A stretch of 64,000 bases of DNA from positions 203,784-267,783 of the IMG/VR virus record IMGVR_UViG_3300020188_000808. One strand, 5' to 3'. A model generated the notes under the pieces. It did not search any database, had not been told where the DNA came from, and saw only the letters and a list, made by a program, of their open reading frames with translations. The position numbers were made by a program, and so were the translations under genes. This document shows, in pieces, positions 8,780-17,142 of this stretch; within the stretch, counting starts at the first letter, position 1; each line of letters starts with the position of its first letter.

Positions 8780-9370
8780 TTACCACTTCCTACATGACCA
8801 GTAACGTGCCTTAGTACGTGGTCCTGGATTATCACAGTTGTGTCTAGCACGGAAACTTCTTCTACGTGCTGGATTAGACTTTTTAATACTCATTGCCTTA
8901 CCTTTGACACTTGATCCACCGTGTCCAAAGTTTACTTTTTTAACATTTCCTGTTTTAGGATCTTTTACATATACCTTAAACTTCTTAACATCACCTTGCA
9001 TAGGTTTACCAAGTTTTACTTTACGTCCTTGATATTCTGCTTCGTCTACAATATCATCTTCGTTATACCACATAACACCGTACTGTTCATAAAACTCATC
9101 ATCATCGTCATAAGTTTCTTCAATAATATCTTCGCCAAGCCCTGCACTAATTTCAATATCAAAGTCATCGTAACCTTGTTCGAACATGTAGTTTGCTAGT
9201 CTGTTAGCATACTCGTTTGATTCGTCTTCTGAAAGTTGTTTTGGTAAAGCAATTTCCCATGCTGTACCACCTTGCTCAGTTTCGTAAAGATTTTGATCAG
9301 GAAAGATACTTTCGTCTAACAACTTAGTTGTTTCCTGTTTTTCCATTACTATTCTTACAAAATGTTCCAT
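8780..9370 (-). CDS. Hypothetical protein with acidic N-terminus and basic C-terminal module
   Basis: IVDE|AEYQGRKVKLGKP...RRRSFRARHNC...ARYWSCRKW; recalled from T4-like marine phage proteins. Confidence 0.7.
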   Translation of the reverse strand: MEHFVRIVMEKQETTKLLDESIFPDQNLYETEQGGTAWEIALPKQLSEDESNEYANRLANYMFEQGYDDFDIEISAGLGEDIIEETYDDDDEFYEQYGVMWYNEDDIVDEAEYQGRKVKLGKPMQGDVKKFKVYVKDPKTGNVKKVNFGHGGSSVKGKAMSIKKSNPARRRSFRARHNCDNPGPRTKARYWSCRKW

Positions 9371-9378
9371 CTTATCTC

Positions 9379-9717
9379 CTAGTGGTTTAATAGCACACTA
9401 TTTACTGTACCTGCTGTATGTACTGCTAACACTCTTACCCAAACAAAATTGCCTGTAAAGTTTTTAAAGTAATTACCGTCACTACCTGTTTCGCTTGTAT
9501 TAGTTATATCAAACCAATCATCAGCTGTAGGAGTTACTGCTAGAGTTCCTTGCATTTTAATAGTTCCGTTAAAGCCACTAAGGTTGTATTGCACAGTATG
9601 GAACCCATCTGCACGACCGTAATAGCCGTCTCCTTTAAACTTCTCACCTGTAATAGTCTGTGTTGTACTATCTCCTAGGTGTGTGTTTTGTGTTAATATT
9701 GTTGTACTGTTGGACAT
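9379..9717 (-). CDS. Small beta-rich putative virion protein
   Basis: GDGYYG..DG.HTV...FTGNFVWVR, late promoter upstream. Confidence 0.6.
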   Translation of the reverse strand: MSNSTTILTQNTHLGDSTTQTITGEKFKGDGYYGRADGFHTVQYNLSGFNGTIKMQGTLAVTPTADDWFDITNTSETGSDGNYFKNFTGNFVWVRVLAVHTAGTVNSVLLNH

Positions 9718-9721
9718 ATAG

Positions 9722-10378
9722 TTATTTATCTAGATCTTTACTACTTATAATTTTATCAATTCTCATCAAATCCTTCTTTAAGAACAATCTAATTAAGGTT
9801 ATAGTGGCAAAATCTTTAACATACATGTACATACCTTTGAGATTATATCCGCGTTGTATGTTACTTAATACTCTATTACCTATCTTAATTTTACTTTTAT
9901 GTTTGATGCAGAAGTTCGCAAGGTTCGGATCAGCAGTTCCGTTAAGTGTAATTTTATAACCAAAGTCTATAGTATCATTAATAATAATATTAGGGGTTAA
10001 GATTGCATTATCTTTGGGCATGTGTACTACGCAAACTGCGTTTAGTTTACTAGTTATAGTTTTAACCCATTCATAGTTATTAGTGTATATTCCTAAGTGA
10101 TAACTTTCACAACGAATTTTAAAATTTTCTTTTTGTTTTATGAATAACGAAAGTAATATCTGTAGATCGGATAGTTCTTCAGAAGTAACATTTACTGTTC
10201 TAAATCCAGACCCCCATTTAACAAAACCTTCAGCTTCGTATTGTTGAATAGCAGTATCGATAGACTTTCTTGCATGAGAAAAGTTTTTATTTCTAAAAAC
10301 AAAGCCTAATGCATTATGAAAGTCTACCTTATACTTGTATTGATCGTAGAATAGTTTATGAGAATCAACTTTTATCAA
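9722..10378 (-). CDS. Hypothetical protein
   Basis: 218 aa ORF overlapping the clpA stop; start codon uncertain. Confidence 0.6.
   Translation of the reverse strand: MIKVDSHKLFYDQYKYKVDFHNALGFVFRNKNFSHARKSIDTAIQQYEAEGFVKWGSGFRTVNVTSEELSDLQILLSLFIKQKENFKIRCESYHLGIYTNNYEWVKTITSKLNAVCVVHMPKDNAILTPNIIINDTIDFGYKITLNGTADPNLANFCIKHKSKIKIGNRVLSNIQRGYNLKGMYMYVKDFATITLIRLFLKKDLMRIDKIISSKDLDK
9723..9730 (-). promoter_or_regulatory. Late promoter GATAAATA
   Basis: 5 nt before the ATG at 9717. Confidence 0.7.
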
Positions 10379-12632
10379 CTGTTTCGGGCTCCTTGACTGT
10401 ATTTACAGTAGTCTGTAAGTCAAACGCTCCGTCTTTAATGTCGATATGTAGTTTACCACCGTTCTTTAGGTCACCAAACAGTAATACTTTAGACAACGGA
10501 GTTTTAATATCATTATCAATTACACGTTGCAACGGTCTTGCACCCATCTTGGGATCAAATCCTTTGTCTACTAAGTAATCAATTGCTTCGTCTGAAATAG
10601 TAGTTACAACATTCTTTTCAGTAAGCATTGTCTTAAGATCAACTAAGAACTTACCAACAATTTTAATCATTGTATTCTTTTCTAATCTACCAAATGTCAT
10701 AACACCGTCAAGTCTGTTACGGAATTCTGGAGCAAAGAACTTTTTAAGTTCGCCATCGTCGTGGTCTTTCTCCATATCGCCAAATCCTACTGCATTAGTA
10801 TCAGCTTCAGCTGAACCTAAGTTTGTTGTAAGGATTAATACAAGGTTTCTACAGTCAGCAGTCTTACCGTTACTACCTGTAACAAATCCGTTGTCCATAA
10901 TTTGTAATAATAATGAACTTACATCTGGGTGTGACTTCTCAATTTCATCAAGTAGTAATACACAGTTTGGATTCTCTTGTACTTTAGTAATTAGTAAGCC
11001 ACTATTTTCTTCAAAGCCTACATATCCTGGAGGCGAACCAATTAGTTTAGCAACACTATGTTTCTCTTGATACTCTGACATATCAAATCTAATTAGTTTT
11101 ACACCTAATTGTTTTGCAAGTTGTTTCGCTGTTTCAGTTTTACCTACACCAGTTGGCCCCATAAACACAAACGATCCAATTGGTTTGTTTTCTGCTTTAA
11201 GTCCTGCTTGTGCTACATGAATCTTATCAACAATGCTGTCAATTGAACTGTCTTGTCCGTAAATTGCGGCTTTCATATTATGGTTTAAATTAGCAAGGTT
11301 ACTAGTTTCAGTTTCCATAATTTGTTCTTTAGGCATGTTAATCATCTTAGCAAGTTCAAACTGTACTTCTTTCATACCAACTGTCTTGTTTGGTTCACTT
11401 GTAATATTAAATCTTGAACATGCTACATCTAATAAGTCAATAGCTTTGTCAGGTAATTTTTTATCTGTTTGATATTTCACACTAAGTTTAATTGCAGTAT
11501 CAATAGCTTCTTCTGTAATAGATACTTTGTGAAAGTCTTCGTAATATTTTTTAATACCTAATAAAATATCTTTAGTAATTTCATTAGTAGGCTCGTCAAC
11601 ACTTACACGAGCAAATCTACGCATCAATGCACGATCTTTTTCAAAGAACTTTCTATATTCTTCCCATGTAGTTGATGCTACAACTTTAATATTTCCTTTA
11701 GTAAGAATAGGCTTTAGCATATTAGCTAAGTCATTTGATTGACCACTACCGCCAGCACCTGCTCCACTAATCATATGGGCTTCGTCAATAAACATAATAG
11801 TTTTGCCTTTCTTCTTAAGGCCAGCAATAACTAATTTAAATCTTTCTTCAAAGTCTCCTCGGTATTTACTACCTGCTAACATACTACCAATGTCTAAGTT
11901 GTATACTGCATATTCTTTAAGAAACTCTGGAACATTGTTATTAACAATATTATATGCAAGTCCTTCTGCAATAGCAGTTTTACCTACACCAGGCTCACCA
12001 ACTAGCAATACATTGTTCTTCTGTCTACGGCCAAGTGCTAGTGCAATGCTTTCGAGTTCTTCTGAACGTCCAATAACAGGATCAATTTTTCCTGTTTCAG
12101 CATCAGTATTAAGATTAGTTGTAAACGAACGTAATGCACGATTGGCCATCCCGGCCATTTCCTCATCTTCAAAGTTAGCTTCAAGTTCATTGTTTAGATA
12201 GTCGGCAAACTTTTCTTTTTCAATGCCTACTTCGTTAATAAAGTACAATGCCCAACTTTTCTTTTCGTTAAACATACTTAGGAATACATCGCTAACTTCA
12301 ATAGAGTTGCGACCACTAAACAACACTTGTGTAAATGCTCTGTTTAGTACACGTTCTACAGCCTGTGTTTTCTTAGGCTTCCATTTTTTAGGAAGTTCCG
12401 CTCCTTCAGGCATTAGTAAGTCGTTACATTTAGTTTTAAGATAGTTCTCTACATTCTTTTTTATAAAATCAGGGTCAGTATCATTATACCCAGATAGAAT
12501 ATTAGAAAAGTCTTCTTCACATAACATTGCAAACAACAAATGCTCTAATGTAAGATACTCGTGATTTAACTTTTTAGTTACATCAAGTGCTTTGTCAAAT
12601 ATTTTCTGTAAATTTTCGCTAGGTTCAACCAT
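10365..12632 (-). CDS. clpA: ClpA-like AAA+ unfoldase
   Basis: Clp N domain. Walker A GEPGVGKT and GPTGVGKT, GSKYRGDFEER, RFDMSEYQEKH, PPGYVG. VGF ClpP-docking loop; no ClpB middle domain. Confidence 0.93.
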   Translation of the reverse strand: MVEPSENLQKIFDKALDVTKKLNHEYLTLEHLLFAMLCEEDFSNILSGYNDTDPDFIKKNVENYLKTKCNDLLMPEGAELPKKWKPKKTQAVERVLNRAFTQVLFSGRNSIEVSDVFLSMFNEKKSWALYFINEVGIEKEKFADYLNNELEANFEDEEMAGMANRALRSFTTNLNTDAETGKIDPVIGRSEELESIALALGRRQKNNVLLVGEPGVGKTAIAEGLAYNIVNNNVPEFLKEYAVYNLDIGSMLAGSKYRGDFEERFKLVIAGLKKKGKTIMFIDEAHMISGAGAGGSGQSNDLANMLKPILTKGNIKVVASTTWEEYRKFFEKDRALMRRFARVSVDEPTNEITKDILLGIKKYYEDFHKVSITEEAIDTAIKLSVKYQTDKKLPDKAIDLLDVACSRFNITSEPNKTVGMKEVQFELAKMINMPKEQIMETETSNLANLNHNMKAAIYGQDSSIDSIVDKIHVAQAGLKAENKPIGSFVFMGPTGVGKTETAKQLAKQLGVKLIRFDMSEYQEKHSVAKLIGSPPGYVGFEENSGLLITKVQENPNCVLLLDEIEKSHPDVSSLLLQIMDNGFVTGSNGKTADCRNLVLILTTNLGSAEADTNAVGFGDMEKDHDDGELKKFFAPEFRNRLDGVMTFGRLEKNTMIKIVGKFLVDLKTMLTEKNVVTTISDEAIDYLVDKGFDPKMGARPLQRVIDNDIKTPLSKVLLFGDLKNGGKLHIDIKDGAFDLQTTVNTVKEPETVDKS

Positions 12633-13159
12633 TATGTTATGTACGCTCCAAATCTTTTTAATAATTTTGATTGCTTTTTCTTAGCAATGTCGAGTTTTAA
12701 TTTACTTACACGGTCAATGTAATTGATTCCGTATAAGTGATCGTATTCATGTCCTGCAATTCTTGCATTCCATCCTACTAGTTCTATTGTACACTCTTTA
12801 CGACTAGAGTCAAGACACTCTATTACCATTCCTGTTGGTCTTTTAACCTTAAAAAATAGTAATGGAAAACTTAAACAACCTTCTTCGCCTAACACAGTCT
12901 CCTGACTTACGGCTGTAATTTTAGGATTAATAATTGCAAAAGGTTTATTATCTTCATAACCTTCTAATCCTTCAGGTTTAATAATAAAGATTTGTGCATC
13001 AAGCCCAACTTGATTAGCACTAAGTCCTACACCGTTTTCTTTTTCCATAATTTCAATCATTTCTGATTCAATTTGTTTAGCATCGTACTTGTCAAAGTCA
13101 AACGGCGCTACTTTTTTATCTAAGAACGGGTCGGGGAATCTAAGTAGTTTTAGTTTCAT
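12632..13159 (-). CDS. def: Peptide deformylase
   Basis: GVGLSANQVG, EGCLS, HEYDH motifs. Confidence 0.95.
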   Translation of the reverse strand: MKLKLLRFPDPFLDKKVAPFDFDKYDAKQIESEMIEIMEKENGVGLSANQVGLDAQIFIIKPEGLEGYEDNKPFAIINPKITAVSQETVLGEEGCLSFPLLFFKVKRPTGMVIECLDSSRKECTIELVGWNARIAGHEYDHLYGINYIDRVSKLKLDIAKKKQSKLLKRFGAYIT

Positions 13160-13988
13160 CTTGTATCTTTCTTATTTTTTCTCTTAATAGTTCGTCGTTA
13201 ATTTTTGGTGTAACACCATTTACTTTAATATATAAGTTGCCTGTTTGTCCTTGTCGTCTATTTGGTAATCCCTGTCCACCAACACTAAAAACTGTTCCTG
13301 GGTTTGACCCTGCTGGTACATTAACACTTAATGTACGTCCGTGTATTGTTTGGATGGTTATGTTTGTGCCTAAAATGAAATCAAATAAATTTAACTTCTT
13401 GTCTATATATAAATTTATGCCATCTTGAGTGTACTCGGGGTGCTTTCTGACTCTTATAAGAACATGCAAATCACCTCTTGGTGCTTGGCTATGTGCATCA
13501 CTGCCCATGCCTGCATACCGTATTCTATCACCTGCTTGTACACCTGGTGGTAATTTAATTTCTACTGTTTCTTCTCTACCACTAGGCAATCTGTAAGTTG
13601 CAATAACTTCTTTACCGGTAACAATATCTTCTAAATCAATATCAGCACCAATAGTTATATCTTGGTTCCTCATATGTCTACGCATATTTGGGTTTGCTCC
13701 AAACATTTGTCCAAATATATCTTCAAAATTAGCACCACCAAAAGCATTTGAAAAATGACTCTGCTGTTGTGCTTGTGCTTGTTGAGGATCAGCAGTTCCA
13801 TACTGATCATACATCTGTCTTTTTTGTGGATCTTTTAGTGCAGAGTATGCTTCGTTAATTTGTTTGAACTTTTCATCACTTCCACCATTCCGATCAGGGT
13901 GGTGTTGCATACTTTGTTTCTTGTATGCTTTCTTCAGCTCTGAGTCTGTGGCGTTTCTTGGAACACCTAAAAGTTCGTAATAATCCAT
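13140..13988 (-). CDS. dnaJ: DnaJ-family co-chaperone lacking the Zn finger (CbpA-like)
   Basis: J domain with HPD, G/F linker (FEDIF), C-terminal GDL domain; no CxxCxGxG repeats. Confidence 0.9.
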   Translation of the reverse strand: MDYYELLGVPRNATDSELKKAYKKQSMQHHPDRNGGSDEKFKQINEAYSALKDPQKRQMYDQYGTADPQQAQAQQQSHFSNAFGGANFEDIFGQMFGANPNMRRHMRNQDITIGADIDLEDIVTGKEVIATYRLPSGREETVEIKLPPGVQAGDRIRYAGMGSDAHSQAPRGDLHVLIRVRKHPEYTQDGINLYIDKKLNLFDFILGTNITIQTIHGRTLSVNVPAGSNPGTVFSVGGQGLPNRRQGQTGNLYIKVNGVTPKINDELLREKIRKIQDETKTT

Positions 13989-13994
13989 AATAGT

Positions 13995-14023
13995 ATTATA
14001 TACTTATCTTAGGCTTTTGTCAA
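13995..14023 (-). promoter_or_regulatory. sigma70-type promoter of dnaJ-def-clpA
   Basis: TTGACA-17-TATAAT, 6 nt before the ATG. Confidence 0.85.
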
Positions 14024-14026
14024 GTT

Positions 14027-14368
14027 CTATTTGTCTGGATTCTTTTTAGATGTACCAGCATATAGTCCAAACCATGCCGCTCCTGCACCTACAACAATAC
14101 TAACTAATCCTGATTGCTCTAAGTTTGGATTTGGTAAATTCATGAACCATGTTGTAACATCATATAATAAGTAAATGTAAACTGACAAAAAGATTCTTGG
14201 AAAAATTCTCCAAGCATCTACAGCTCTTGCGAGAAAGATAAGATGCATATACGGATTCTTACCACTGTCAACTACATTAGTATCTACTTCTAATTCTAGT
14301 TTAACTTTTTTTGTATCTGTAGTTTCTACCTTTGTATCAGTTTCTACTTTTTTAGTTTCATTTTCCAT
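14027..14368 (-). CDS. 2-TM membrane protein, holin candidate
   Basis: Charged N-terminus, WRIFPR followed by two TM segments; lies in the lysis region. Confidence 0.5.
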   Translation of the reverse strand: MENETKKVETDTKVETTDTKKVKLELEVDTNVVDSGKNPYMHLIFLARAVDAWRIFPRIFLSVYIYLLYDVTTWFMNLPNPNLEQSGLVSIVVGAGAAWFGLYAGTSKKNPDK

Positions 14369-14792
14369 TTTTAATTTTCTCTATATTTTCTTTATTATCT
14401 TTAATTGCATCAGTTTGTGCTTTATCAATCATCTCTTGAAGACGTCTTCCTTTATCAATATCTGAATCTAAATGTAGATTTTTATTAATAACTTTTTCTA
14501 ACCTGTGAAACTTAACACGGTCATTTGGAATATATCTCCAAGTATAACCACGCTTACCGTAAACACCAAACACACTTTCACGCAATCCTATTTTAACTAT
14601 AATAGCATCATCGTCATCTAATATAATAGCATCACCCTCATTAAACGCAGGATTCATTTTAAACTTTAATCCTGACATTAGATTAGCCGCAAAATCTTTA
14701 AACCAGAAAGCAACAGAAATACTAATTAGTATTGCTATCCAAGGTGCTAACAAATCTGTTAAGCTCATTCCTAATTGATCAAATGCGTCCAT
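14358..14792 (-). CDS. Minimal MscS-like membrane protein
   Basis: TM helix then KDFAANLMSG...FNEGD.I.LD...IVKIGLR, matching MscS TM3 and beta domain. Probable ATG at 14792 with a GGAG SD. Confidence 0.6.
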   Translation of the reverse strand: MDAFDQLGMSLTDLLAPWIAILISISVAFWFKDFAANLMSGLKFKMNPAFNEGDAIILDDDDAIIVKIGLRESVFGVYGKRGYTWRYIPNDRVKFHRLEKVINKNLHLDSDIDKGRRLQEMIDKAQTDAIKDNKENIEKIKNGK

Positions 14793-14807
14793 CTTCGTCT
14801 CCACTAG

Positions 14808-14815
14808 TATTTATC
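14808..14815 (-). promoter_or_regulatory. Late promoter GATAAATA
   Basis: Part of a 13-bp repeat shared with 16972-16984. Confidence 0.7.
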
Positions 14816-14824
14816 AGTCAAAAG

Positions 14825-14858
14825 GAAAGGTTGTCCAAAATAAATTAAACAACCTTTC
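14825..14858 (-). terminator. Intrinsic terminator-like hairpin
   Basis: 10-bp inverted repeat GAAAGGTTGT/ACAACCTTTC with T-runs on both sides, just after the stop at 14869. Confidence 0.7.
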
Positions 14859-14868
14859 TAGTTTTTTC

Positions 14869-16662
14869 TTAGTTTATAGCAGGTAACTTACTGTAGTTAA
14901 CTGTATAATACCCTGATGGGTGTGTATCAACTGCGTCTGCATACTTAGTTTCTAATAGCTCTTGTGCCATTACACCTGTTTGTACTGCATTATCCCACAC
15001 ATAATTATATGTGTAAGTGTTAATACCGTTGACTTTGCCTGCAAATTCAACGTTTTCTTTTAAGCGTGAGTCTGAAAAGAATTTCTTAACACTCTTCCAA
15101 CTCTTCTTAGCACCGTCAGCAACTACATTAGCCGCATCAGTAATAGCTTTTTCAGCACTCTTAATGGCATTGTTTGCTTGATTAATAGTATTGTTACATG
15201 CATTAATGGCGCTGTTACATGCATTAATAGTGCTGTTAGCCGCTTTAACAGCGTTATTAGCATTAAATACACTTGTAGTCCACTTACCTACTTCGTTACC
15301 CCAATGTGCAACTGCATTAGCCGCATCAGTCATTGCTTGACCAGTTTGGTTAATTGCATCTTCGGTAGCACTTACTGCCGAGTTACATGCATCTACAGTT
15401 TGTTTTGCAACTTTTTCGCCTTGTTTAGCAACTACTTGTGCTTGGTTTGCAACTTTCATTGCTTCTGCTTGTGCTTTATCAATTCCATCAGTTACATGGT
15501 TCAATGCTTCGTCCATTGTTCCACCTGCGTTTAGAATAGCGTTAGCACCGTCTACTAGTGGTCCAATATCAATGTCAACATTCACATCAACATCTAGTCC
15601 AACTAGCAAAGCCGCTTGTCCGTCAATACCAAAACTAATTGTATCATCTGTATATGTAGCGTGTGCAGAACCTTGAGCACCAATTTGGCCTCCAATACTT
15701 GCACCAGCACCACCGGATACTGTTGCTCCGCCTATGTGTGCAGAACCTTCAGCATCAACTCCAACGTTAGCACCTGCAATAGCACCGCCACCTACGTCAA
15801 CTCCGTCTTTACCAATACTTGCATGTCCACCTGCTTCTGCGTATGCTTCAGCGTGAGCACCTGCTGTACCTTCTGCACCTGCATCAACACTAATATCACC
15901 TACAGGTGTATCAATACCAATCTTAGCATCTGCTGATCCTGTTGCTGTTACATCTGCACTTGCACTTGCACCAACTGTAGCCGCGGCTTCAACACCGTCT
16001 TTGTCAACTGATCCACTTGCTTTTGCGTGTGCTTCTGCTTCTGCTTTTGCTTTAGCTTCTACGTCTGCACTTGCATCTGCATGTGCGTCTACGCCTGGAA
16101 CAATTTCTTGTTCAGCATGAGCTTCAGCACCTGCACTTGCACTTGCTTCTGCACTAGCATGAGCTTCAGCGCCTGCGGCAAATGAACTATCAGTTACTTC
16201 GTAACCTGCACTTGCTCCTGCTTCAGCACTTGCACTTGCATCAGCTTCGTAACTAGCACCTGCGTGTTCGTCGCCTACTGTTTCACCTACTGATGTTTCG
16301 ACACCTGCGGCAACTTGAATTGTGTACTGAGGTCTTGAAACATCTTGGACCATTGCTTCAGCTTGTGCAACTTGTGCCTGTGCCGCCGCATAATCGTCAT
16401 CTGCTTGTTTTTGTTTTGCAATAGCATCATCATGATCTTTAATTGCTTGATCATGTGCCGCTTCAGCCGCCTCTTGTTGCTGTTGTGCAGTCTTTTGTTC
16501 GCTTTGTGCGTTTGCTTTATTAGCTTTTGCTGTATCTGCTTCTTGTTGTGCAGATTTCTTTTGATTTTCTGCTTTAGCTTTTTCTGAATTTTTTTGATTT
16601 ATTTGATTTTGAGCATCACGCTTTTGGGCTTCGGCTTTGTTTTTATCGTCTTGTGCTGACAT
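14869..16662 (-). CDS. Ala-rich coiled-coil/beta-repeat protein with C-terminal intramolecular chaperone (peptidase S74)
   Basis: C-terminus FF|SDSRLKENV...GVMAQEL...VNYSKL. N- and C-terminal heptad regions flank AxAxAG repeats. Confidence 0.75.
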   Translation of the reverse strand: MSAQDDKNKAEAQKRDAQNQINQKNSEKAKAENQKKSAQQEADTAKANKANAQSEQKTAQQQQEAAEAAHDQAIKDHDDAIAKQKQADDDYAAAQAQVAQAEAMVQDVSRPQYTIQVAAGVETSVGETVGDEHAGASYEADASASAEAGASAGYEVTDSSFAAGAEAHASAEASASAGAEAHAEQEIVPGVDAHADASADVEAKAKAEAEAHAKASGSVDKDGVEAAATVGASASADVTATGSADAKIGIDTPVGDISVDAGAEGTAGAHAEAYAEAGGHASIGKDGVDVGGGAIAGANVGVDAEGSAHIGGATVSGGAGASIGGQIGAQGSAHATYTDDTISFGIDGQAALLVGLDVDVNVDIDIGPLVDGANAILNAGGTMDEALNHVTDGIDKAQAEAMKVANQAQVVAKQGEKVAKQTVDACNSAVSATEDAINQTGQAMTDAANAVAHWGNEVGKWTTSVFNANNAVKAANSTINACNSAINACNNTINQANNAIKSAEKAITDAANVVADGAKKSWKSVKKFFSDSRLKENVEFAGKVNGINTYTYNYVWDNAVQTGVMAQELLETKYADAVDTHPSGYYTVNYSKLPAIN

Positions 16663-16949
16663 TACTTTCTCCTTTTAGATTCTAAATGTTTAATACGTGT
16701 TTCTAACTCGTCAATCTTACGAGCTATATTTGGATTTACTTTCTTCCATGCATCAGGGTCTTGATTAAACCATGTCCAACCATATCTATCTCTAATGCTG
16801 TCTAAAAGTGTGTCCCATTTACCAAATACCCATAGTGCAATACGTGTATCTCTCATATATGCAATGAATAATGCTCCAAATATACTGCCGGCAATCGCGG
16901 TATATATCCATAGTCTATCACTAGCCATGCGTTCTATCATTTCGATCAT
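16662..16949 (-). CDS. Small single-TM membrane protein
   Basis: TM LWIYTAIAGSIFGALFIAYM, Trp-rich middle, coiled-coil tail. Confidence 0.7.
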   Translation of the reverse strand: MIEMIERMASDRLWIYTAIAGSIFGALFIAYMRDTRIALWVFGKWDTLLDSIRDRYGWTWFNQDPDAWKKVNPNIARKIDELETRIKHLESKRRK

Positions 16950-16974
16950 ATTGTAATCCTGTGTATTATGTTAG

Positions 16975-16982
16975 TATTTATC
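16975..16982 (-). promoter_or_regulatory. Late promoter GATAAATA
   Basis: Upstream of 16949. Confidence 0.7.
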
Positions 16983-17142
16983 AGAAGGCACAAGCAATTT
17001 CGCCTTTGGGTTGTACCTCAATATTTTTATTATTTTTAGAATCTTTGGTAATATCAATGTCTGCACCAGGACGTACAGAACATGTACTTTTAGCACAAGA
17101 GGATAATAGGACAATCAGAGTCAACATTGCCCAAATACGCAT
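16981..17142 (-). CDS. 53-aa lipoprotein (not in the ORF track)
   Basis: MRIWAMLTLIVLLSSC-AKSTCSVRPGADIDITKDSKNNKNIEVQPKGEIACAF. Lipobox LSSC; start overlaps the o-spanin stop. Confidence 0.75.
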   Translation of the reverse strand: MRIWAMLTLIVLLSSCAKSTCSVRPGADIDITKDSKNNKNIEVQPKGEIACAF

